Part shown: positions 8,495-15,495 of the stretch, piece by piece
Layout: each line of letters starts with the position of its first letter
Position numbering within the stretch: position 1 is the first letter of the stretch
Origin: an uncultured archaeon
GTDB lineage: Archaea; Asgardarchaeota; Heimdallarchaeia; Heimdallarchaeales; Heimdallarchaeaceae
Direction of reading: 5' to 3'
NCBI GenBank assembly: GCA_964549075.1
Contig: CAZJUB010000046.1
Span: forward strand, 1-20,211
Length of the DNA: 20,211 nucleotides
Notes under the pieces: model-generated
What the model was told of the DNA's origin: nothing
Database searches by the model: none
Seen by the model: only the letters and a program-made list of their open reading frames with translations
Program-made: the position numbers and the translations under genes

Positions 8495-9193
8495 ATGGAT
8501 GTGAAAAGAATTCAAGTTAAATTAATTTCTTACCCTTCAGAAACAGACTTAATTGCCAAGATGGCTGCTGCGATTTGCTATTCTGGAGGACATAATTATG
8601 AAGAAATTAGAAAAAAAGCAGAGGAAAAACCAAACGAATATCTCAGTAAAATTGTCAAAAACGGTCACCTCTCTATACTTGAACATAACATCTATGTTTT
8701 CTATGTATCAGGTATCTCTAGAATAACTAGTCACCAACTTGTACGTAAACGAATAGCTAGTTATTCACAACAATCTCAACGATATGTAGATGCAAAGAGT
8801 TTTGCAACTGTTAAACCCAAATCCATACAAAATTCTGATTTCAATGACGAATACGATAAAGCCATGAAAAATAGTTTTGATTTATATCAAAAAATGCTTG
8901 ATGGAGGTATATCTAAAGAAGATGCAAGATATGTTTTACCTGGAGCTACAACTACGCAGATGATTGTATCCATGAATGCTCATGCTCTCATAGATTTCTT
9001 TGTTCGAAGATTATGTACTCGAGCTCAACTTGAGATAACTCTTTTAGCTGAGGAGATGCTTAAAGAAGTGAAAAAAGTCTCTCCTGTAATATTCAGAGAT
9101 ATGGGGGCTTTTTGTGAGTTTTATGGTTATTGCCCTGAAAATGATCATTCCTGTGGTAAAGCTAAAACTCTCAAACAAATAAAAGAAGGTTAA
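8495..9193 (+). CDS. thyX: FAD-dependent thymidylate synthase ThyX
   Basis: AAAICYS, GHLSILEH, ISRITSHQLVRKRIASYSQQSQRYV (ThyX motif, with RKR in place of RHR), EDARYVLP, RLCTRAQLEI, and C-terminal CEFYGYCPE..SC. Confidence 0.95.
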   Translation: MDVKRIQVKLISYPSETDLIAKMAAAICYSGGHNYEEIRKKAEEKPNEYLSKIVKNGHLSILEHNIYVFYVSGISRITSHQLVRKRIASYSQQSQRYVDAKSFATVKPKSIQNSDFNDEYDKAMKNSFDLYQKMLDGGISKEDARYVLPGATTTQMIVSMNAHALIDFFVRRLCTRAQLEITLLAEEMLKEVKKVSPVIFRDMGAFCEFYGYCPENDHSCGKAKTLKQIKEG

Positions 9194-9240
9194 AAATAAT
9201 TTTTTATTCTGCTTAAAAGAAAAGAGTGTTCTATTTTATA
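9194..9240. terminator. Probable bidirectional oligo-T termination zone between convergent thyX and operon A
   Basis: 47-nt gap between convergent stops, with a TTTTTTT run on the + strand after the thyX stop and CTTTTCTTTT on the - strand after the stop at 9241. Confidence 0.45.
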
Positions 9241-10086
9241 TCATCCTAATTCCTTAGAAATTTCTTCTTCATCTTCTGAATAAACTTCAGTTGCTTCTTC
9301 ACTAATTTCATTCTCATTAGGTTCATCTTTTTGACTAACAACTTTAGGTAAAATAGCATGGGTTCTAATTAACAAGACACTATAGAGTATAGCTATTACT
9401 ACCAAAGAGGGTCTAATAACTAGTTCAGCTATTGCATCGTTCGGTATTATGAAATATATGATGAAGGAATACGCGACTGCAATAAGAACTAAAATAAGAA
9501 TAATGATTAAAGGCCAGAACATTTTTTGTATTATGAATTGCCACTTTTTCAGAAATTTATCATCATTTATTTTCCTTCGTTCAAAGTCAGTCAAAACTAG
9601 ATTGTCTTGATAATGTTGAAGTTGTTCTTTTGAATGCTTACTAGCTGGAATGATATAAAATCCTTCTTGAGTACTGAATTCAATATAATAAAGGCTAAGG
9701 ATAAAACGCAAAACCACACATGTACCAGCGGAAACTTGAAAGAGTATTATTTCGATCCTCCCCAAAGAGTCGGGGAAAAACATAGAAGCAAAGTTTCCTA
9801 AGAGAAGAGATAAAGCTGTTCCCAGAATAAAGAAGAAACCAAATATAAGTTCGCTACTTAAATCCAGTTTATTTCCTTTTGAAAGATCAATTAATAAAAT
9901 TACCAAACCAATAATTAGCCAAATTGTAAAAACATAGATATTTAGACTTAAGACAGATTGAGCTAAGATTATTCCTATAGCTATGATTCCAAAGAGATGA
10001 TGTGCCAATAGAACTGGAGAAAATTTTTGGGTTTCTAAAGATTTTTTCTCCCAATCTTCTTCAAATACCTTGTCTGTAAATCTCAT
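9241..10086 (-). CDS. Uncharacterised polytopic membrane protein (about 6 TM, acidic C-tail); last gene of the MoxR operon
   Basis: 281-aa ORF with several hydrophobic segments, a central soluble loop and a Glu-rich tail; starts 1 nt after the DUF58 stop (TAAAATG). Confidence 0.75.
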   Translation of the reverse strand: MRFTDKVFEEDWEKKSLETQKFSPVLLAHHLFGIIAIGIILAQSVLSLNIYVFTIWLIIGLVILLIDLSKGNKLDLSSELIFGFFFILGTALSLLLGNFASMFFPDSLGRIEIILFQVSAGTCVVLRFILSLYYIEFSTQEGFYIIPASKHSKEQLQHYQDNLVLTDFERRKINDDKFLKKWQFIIQKMFWPLIIILILVLIAVAYSFIIYFIIPNDAIAELVIRPSLVVIAILYSVLLIRTHAILPKVVSQKDEPNENEISEEATEVYSEDEEEISKELG

Positions 10087-10087
10087 T

Positions 10088-11464
10088 TTATCGCCTTAAT
10101 GCTTGTTGAATTAATCTTTGAGAGGGAGAATATTTTTTCATGAGTCTATAAAGAGATAAGATAATATTATCCTCATATCCTCTCATTTCAATAAAATCTC
10201 CCCCTACAGAATAGAGTATTTGTCTAGCTTCTTTTTCTCTAGCTTTATAATCATCTTGGACCAAACTAGGAAATACTGTCTCCACAATATCTTTGTATTC
10301 CATACTCTGAGCTTGGTCAATTATCTGATCAGGTGATGCTAGAATATTGAATCCCATAGTGGAGAAATTTACAAAAATTACTCTACTTCCCATTGTTTTC
10401 AAAAGGTGTAAACCTTGCAATTTTGTTTTCAAATCTCCTTCTAAATCAGAGAATATTATAGCTATTGAATGGAGTAATTGATTAGATCTAGTAAACTTGA
10501 TTGCATTAATGAAGTTACTTTCCACACCAGAAGCTTCTATATCGAAAAGATTAAGCATCAATTTTAACTCATTTTTCCCAACTTGAGGTACTATAAAGCG
10601 ACTCACATTATCAGCGTAAGCAATAACAGCTAAATCATGATTTGTTCCTTGTATTAATGAGGAAAGCTCAACTACTGAAGATAAAGCATATTCGAATTTT
10701 GGACCAAACATGGTGCTCCCCAAATCCAAATATATCAGAAAATGAAGGTTTCTTTCATCTTCAAATTCCTTAGTAATTAATTTATCGTGTCTAGCTGTAG
10801 CATACCAATCTATATGTTTAACTTCATCTCCAGGCATATAATCTCTGAGAGCGAAAAACTCATCTCCTCTACCTTTTACTCGCTTAGCAAATTCATGAAC
10901 CATTTTAAGAAGAAGTTCTTTTTTGGTTTTCCAAGGTATATTTATTCTGGGCCTTTGAGGAAGTACTTTGATGTATTCAACAAGTTTTACAATCCTACTT
11001 TGTTTGAAAAGATATTGAAAAGGACCCATATGCATTTCAATAGGACCAACTTCAGCATTTCCTCTCCTTACACCTATAAGTATCCATACCAACGTTCTGC
11101 TTTCTTGCGGTTTCAGTTCTAAAAAGACTTGTTCTGGTGTTTCAATTGTTCGAAAATGATAGGAAAATCTTAATGTGACCTTTAATCTTACCACTTTATT
11201 TGAATCATTTGTTAATTTTGCTGATACAGCTAATAAACCTCTACTTCTCATGTATTTCTTTGAAATTCTCAATTCTGTTATAATCTGAGCTTTTTGAGTT
11301 AGAAGAAAATTTGCAAAGATAGAAGAAATGACTAATAGAAGAAAAATTCCTGGTATTATCAGGAGAAAATTGTCGATAGCCAAACCTACTATTACAAAGA
11401 GGCTTCCAAATAAAATGAAACCTTTTCCATTCTTTGTAAGTTCAAGATGTCTATCTTCTAACAT
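10088..11464 (-). CDS. DUF58 (YeaD-like) protein: N-terminal TM hairpin, Ig-like domain, vWA-like domain
   Basis: RRG...VGP; GRGDEFFALRDYMPGDEVKHIDWYATARHDKLITKEFEDE (DUF58 signature); IYLDLGSTM and IIFSD (vWA/MIDAS-like). Directly downstream of moxR; GAGG SD. Confidence 0.92.
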   Translation of the reverse strand: MLEDRHLELTKNGKGFILFGSLFVIVGLAIDNFLLIIPGIFLLLVISSIFANFLLTQKAQIITELRISKKYMRSRGLLAVSAKLTNDSNKVVRLKVTLRFSYHFRTIETPEQVFLELKPQESRTLVWILIGVRRGNAEVGPIEMHMGPFQYLFKQSRIVKLVEYIKVLPQRPRINIPWKTKKELLLKMVHEFAKRVKGRGDEFFALRDYMPGDEVKHIDWYATARHDKLITKEFEDERNLHFLIYLDLGSTMFGPKFEYALSSVVELSSLIQGTNHDLAVIAYADNVSRFIVPQVGKNELKLMLNLFDIEASGVESNFINAIKFTRSNQLLHSIAIIFSDLEGDLKTKLQGLHLLKTMGSRVIFVNFSTMGFNILASPDQIIDQAQSMEYKDIVETVFPSLVQDDYKAREKEARQILYSVGGDFIEMRGYEDNIILSLYRLMKKYSPSQRLIQQALRR

Positions 11465-11486
11465 TCTATTTTCCTCAAAACCAATA

Positions 11487-12431
11487 TTATATTACAACTT
11501 CAACTTCAGCTAAGATATTTTCTATAATCTCGTTAACTCTTATTTGTTCGATTTCTGCTTCTGGTGATAGAATAAGTCTGTGATTCATAACTGGGAAGAA
11601 AATCGATTTAATATCATCAGGCTCTACAAAATCCCTACCTCTTATTGCAGCTATTGATCTACTAAGTGTGAGAAGTGCAATAGAACCTCTAGGACTAGAT
11701 CCTAAAGCGAGTGAAGGAACAGAACGTGTTGCAACTACAAGCTTGGCAATATACTCAATTATCTGATTACTGATTATAACATCTTTTTCTATTTCTGATG
11801 ATAATTTTAGGATTGTATCTTTTTTTGTTACAGAATCAACATCAGCAAACATTTTCTCTTTTTTCTTCAGCAACATCTGAACTTCCCCATGAAGAGTCGG
11901 AGGAAACACAGGTATCTTAACTAAAAACCTATCAATTTGGGCTTCTGGTAACGGGTATACTCCGGTCGATTCTATAGGATTCTGCGTAGCTATAACCATG
12001 AATGGTTCCTGAAGTTTATATGTGGTTTTACCTATAGAGACTTGTTTCTCCTGCATAGCTTCTAATAGAGCAGATTGTGTTTTTGGAGGACTTCTGTTAA
12101 TTTCATCAGCCAATAAAACATTGGTAAAAACTGGTCCTTCAATAAAACTAAAGGAACTAGTTTCTCTATCATAGATATTTCCACCTGTAATATCCGCTGG
12201 CATTAAATCACTAGTGAACTGAATTCTTTTGAATCCGACTGTCATCACTTCAGCTAAAGTACTTGCCATAAGTGTTTTAGCGATTCCTGGTACACCTTCT
12301 AAAAGAACATGCCCTCCACTTAGAAGTGAAGCAAACATCAGCTCAATGACATTCTCATTTCCCACAATCCTCTTTTTCATTTCTTCCATGATTTTATCAT
12401 ATATTTCTTTAGTTTCTTGTATTTGTGTCAT
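11487..12431 (-). CDS. moxR: MoxR-family AAA+ ATPase (MoxR-proper type)
   Basis: Walker A GHVLLEGVPGIAKT; RIQFTSDLMPADITG; Walker B LLADEINRSPPKTQSALLEAMQE; ATQNPIE; YPLPEAQIDRF; sensor II GSSPRG. Confidence 0.97.
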   Translation of the reverse strand: MTQIQETKEIYDKIMEEMKKRIVGNENVIELMFASLLSGGHVLLEGVPGIAKTLMASTLAEVMTVGFKRIQFTSDLMPADITGGNIYDRETSSFSFIEGPVFTNVLLADEINRSPPKTQSALLEAMQEKQVSIGKTTYKLQEPFMVIATQNPIESTGVYPLPEAQIDRFLVKIPVFPPTLHGEVQMLLKKKEKMFADVDSVTKKDTILKLSSEIEKDVIISNQIIEYIAKLVVATRSVPSLALGSSPRGSIALLTLSRSIAAIRGRDFVEPDDIKSIFFPVMNHRLILSPEAEIEQIRVNEIIENILAEVEVVI

Positions 12432-13724
12432 TTATCTCAACTTTCTTTTCTGTATTTCTTCCAGTTTTCTGAAAAGAAATAGGAAACTTTGATGATCTAA
12501 TTTTCTTGTTAATGCAAGCTCAAAGAACTTTCTCTCTTCCTCTTTAATTAATTGTGTTGGAATAAACTTTAATTTTTCAGCTAAGAAGTAATTATATGCT
12601 TGACCTGGATATAATTCATGCTGAAAATATAAATAAGACAGATACTTTTCTTCAACTGTAGGTTTTATTGGGGTACCAAATGTATCGAAAAGTTCTCTTC
12701 TCCTACTCCATATTCTGTCTGCTATAAAATTCTTGTAAGAATCACGTTTTCGATATGTTTCTGTAAAACGTGGTGTTAAATAGTAAAATAATAGAAGTAT
12801 TATAATAATAATGAAGATAAATAATCTAGTTTTTGATAAAAGGATAATAGAACCGTATGTTTGATTAATTATACCATCCGTAGTTGCAATTGGCCAGCGT
12901 TTATGACTCTCCTCAAAACAAACAAGTTTTTCTGTTGAAGATGAAGTTATATTGTTCAAAAGTTGTACTGTTGTGTTGATATTGCTGAATCCCAGATTTG
13001 CAAGATCATTTGTTAGAAAATTTGTGGATGTAGCAACCAAAATTCTGCCGTTTCCTCTGCCTATTAAAGAAGCTACCATATGGGGGTAAACAGGTTCATG
13101 AATTACATTCCACTTATGGTCATTATTCTCATCGATGAAAGTAGTGTTAGGAGTATAGATTGAGATTATTTGCCACTGATAAACACTTCCTGCAATAACA
13201 GTAATATCTTTTGCTCTGAAGAAACAAAGGGTCTCAGAGGCATTTAAAGGTGATTCTATTAACAATAATTCTGGAGAGGGAGTGGTATTTGAAGCTGCTA
13301 TGTCCAATAATATAGAGGATGTAAGATAAAAACCGAGATATTCGGCTAAATCATACGCAGCACCATCACTTGCGCAGAGAATCAGATTTCCTCCTTTAGC
13401 GATAAATGCATCAATCACAGCTTTTTCAGAATCCCTATATTTCTTAGCTCCTCCTGCAATAACCAAAGTAGAAGATTTAGGTAAATCTTTTATTGGTTCA
13501 GTAGAAAGAAGTGTTCTTGTAATATTATAGCCATTTTGAGCAAGCTGTTGTGCAAACTCAGACAGTCCACTTGAACCTGTATCTACCATAGTATACGGTG
13601 GGGGTGTACTGGTTATATTAATACTCAAAGGCAGGGTAAGTATTACAAAAACTAGTAATGTTTGGATAAGCATTCTAAAGAATGGGGAGTACTTTTTAGA
13701 AAACAAATTTCCTTTCCGACTCAT
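12432..13724 (-). CDS. DUF4350-family membrane protein (N-terminal TM, GldG/GIFT-like ectodomain, second TM, cytoplasmic tail)
   Basis: TGSSGLSEFAQQL, FIAKGGNLILCAS, FIDENND loop, GRGNGRILVATSTNFLTN, VCFEESH; canonical position immediately upstream of moxR (TAAATG junction); ATGA overlap with the upstream gene. Confidence 0.82.
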   Translation of the reverse strand: MSRKGNLFSKKYSPFFRMLIQTLLVFVILTLPLSINITSTPPPYTMVDTGSSGLSEFAQQLAQNGYNITRTLLSTEPIKDLPKSSTLVIAGGAKKYRDSEKAVIDAFIAKGGNLILCASDGAAYDLAEYLGFYLTSSILLDIAASNTTPSPELLLIESPLNASETLCFFRAKDITVIAGSVYQWQIISIYTPNTTFIDENNDHKWNVIHEPVYPHMVASLIGRGNGRILVATSTNFLTNDLANLGFSNINTTVQLLNNITSSSTEKLVCFEESHKRWPIATTDGIINQTYGSIILLSKTRLFIFIIIIILLLFYYLTPRFTETYRKRDSYKNFIADRIWSRRRELFDTFGTPIKPTVEEKYLSYLYFQHELYPGQAYNYFLAEKLKFIPTQLIKEEERKFFELALTRKLDHQSFLFLFRKLEEIQKRKLR

Positions 13725-14506
13725 CTCTTCTCACCAAAATGTTCTGTTCTAATAATCTTAATATCTGATTTGAATTCACTCATGGATTTCAATGTCTGTA
13801 ATTGTTCTATGAACCATTTCAAATCCTTGTACTTCATTGGAGAGATTCTATATCGAGCTAGATAAAATAGATCAATAATTTCATTAAGAGGCTTAACGAT
13901 TTCTGGAAGATCCATAGATCGCGAGAATTCTTTGGGTGTTAGATATGTTTCTCTTTTAATACCAAGTAACCTCTTCATATTGTTATCAAGTTGATGAAAT
14001 CCAAATACAATCCCTTCTGCATACTTACCATCCTTTAGATATTCTTGTAATATCTCCATTAAAGTGCTGATTTGAGTTCTAAATTTCTCTCTAGTTTTTT
14101 TAACAGAACTTGAAGGTGTTCGTTCTTCAGGGGAGAAAAATCCTGAACTTTTATCAGATTTCCTTTTTTGAAGCAATAAAATAACAATCAAAACAATAAT
14201 TGCTGATCCTATAACAATAGGGATAACTTGAGATGGTACTGTGGTCTCATTTGTATTAGTTATACCATTACCATTATTTCCAGTATCAGGTGGAGTAGAA
14301 GAAGGAAAAGTTGGACCTGTAGGTGTCTCTTGATTTTCAGTAGTAGTATTGTATGTCCCAATATCAGTTGTAATTAAAGTAGTTGAAGTTAATTCGCTTA
14401 CTTGAACATAACTTTCCTGAGAACTATTAAGTAAAACAAAGATAATAATACAAACTATAAGAAGGATAATTCTGATATTGAATATTTTACTTATTTTTAT
14501 CGCCAT
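13721..14506 (-). CDS. Membrane protein with Thr/Pro/Asn-rich stalk and cytoplasmic DUF4129 domain
   Basis: TM1/signal, low-complexity TSTTLITT...PTGPTFPSSTPP...TNETT, TM2 (VIPIVIGSAIIVLIVILLL), then RETYLTPKEF...FYLARYR. Start moved from GTG14515 (which lies inside the AGGTGA SD) to ATG14506. Confidence 0.75.
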   Translation of the reverse strand: MAIKISKIFNIRIILLIVCIIIFVLLNSSQESYVQVSELTSTTLITTDIGTYNTTTENQETPTGPTFPSSTPPDTGNNGNGITNTNETTVPSQVIPIVIGSAIIVLIVILLLQKRKSDKSSGFFSPEERTPSSSVKKTREKFRTQISTLMEILQEYLKDGKYAEGIVFGFHQLDNNMKRLLGIKRETYLTPKEFSRSMDLPEIVKPLNEIIDLFYLARYRISPMKYKDLKWFIEQLQTLKSMSEFKSDIKIIRTEHFGEKR

Positions 14507-15485
14507 CTTTTTCACCTATTAAAGATTCATTTAGGATGAGTTTACTTTGACTCAGAAAAGCATAAATTTTGCACAAAGGCCAATAGTCAGTTACACAAAT
14601 CTGATATTTATGCACTGCAGTTACATATCCCAAATAAGCACACTTCCCTTCAGTGAAATATATACAATGTTTCTTCTGTGATGATTTTAATAACTTAACA
14701 ACACGACTATGCAAATAAACCATGGATATTGCATTTTGCTGTCTAGAACTTCCTTTTGGTGGTTCATCTAAATCAAAGATTGTTCTCACAGACAAAGGCA
14801 TTTCAGGATTTAAAAGATGAGAATATGTTATTTTAGCTCCTTTTCTTGAGAAGTAGATACTTGTTATTAATTTACCAACCCTGATTCCCACGGATCCTCC
14901 TATTGCACTTATAATCATAAATGAAAAAGCAAATATGAAAACAAATCCAATATACCAGATATTTGAAATCATACTTATTAAGTTTGAAGTTAAAGTAGTA
15001 AAGAAAATAATCTGTGATAAATGTAAGATTACGAAAAGAGCAAATGTAATAAATGAAGACATCAGTACAAGGTCTCTTGCCTCATCTCTCCATATTATTG
15101 TACATATAGTGGCAGCGATTAAAAATGGTACAAAAACTGTAAGAACATAACTTGTCACTAGCGCTTCAGCTTCATCTGTCATAAAGGGAAACAGAAAAGG
15201 CAGATACAGAATCTCCTCAGGATTCCAAATAGATCCTGCAATTAATGAGAGGTCATCTAGATAATATAGTACTACTCCGAAAAATATGGAAAATGAATAA
15301 CTAATAGCTAGGTATGTTGATATTCTTATGACTAGAAGGCCAGCATATTCTCTCTTCCCCCTGCTTCTCAAATGTGGAAAAAGAAACTTGCTGATAAGAA
15401 ATTTAAAATCAAGTTTAAATTTCTTAACTTCTCGATCCGGCTTTGGTTCTGGAGGGAGGTACGTGTCTCTATTATCATGATCCAT
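14487..15485 (-). CDS. Uncharacterised membrane protein (about 4 TM) with C-terminal CX7CX14CX7C putative metal-binding domain
   Basis: 332-aa ORF with AGGTGA SD, hydrophobic segments, and C-terminal HCIYFTEGKC...QICVTDYWPLCKIY. Confidence 0.72.
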   Translation of the reverse strand: MDHDNRDTYLPPEPKPDREVKKFKLDFKFLISKFLFPHLRSRGKREYAGLLVIRISTYLAISYSFSIFFGVVLYYLDDLSLIAGSIWNPEEILYLPFLFPFMTDEAEALVTSYVLTVFVPFLIAATICTIIWRDEARDLVLMSSFITFALFVILHLSQIIFFTTLTSNLISMISNIWYIGFVFIFAFSFMIISAIGGSVGIRVGKLITSIYFSRKGAKITYSHLLNPEMPLSVRTIFDLDEPPKGSSRQQNAISMVYLHSRVVKLLKSSQKKHCIYFTEGKCAYLGYVTAVHKYQICVTDYWPLCKIYAFLSQSKLILNESLIGEKDGDKNK

Positions 15486-15495
15486 CAGAATTCAC

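Noticed and set aside
9110-9160. C-terminal Cys cluster of ThyX (CEFYGYCPE..SC) as a novel metal site
   Set aside because: Similar Cys-rich tails are common in ThyX proteins from Firmicutes and archaea.
10787-13865. + strand ORFs 10787-11122, 11328-11513, 12229-12492 and 13662-13865
   Set aside because: Antisense shadows of DUF58, moxR, DUF4350 and DUF4129 genes; no SD or motifs.
14507-14515. GTG14515 as start of the DUF4129/stalk gene
   Set aside because: The GTG is part of the AGGTGA SD, which is properly spaced for ATG14506.
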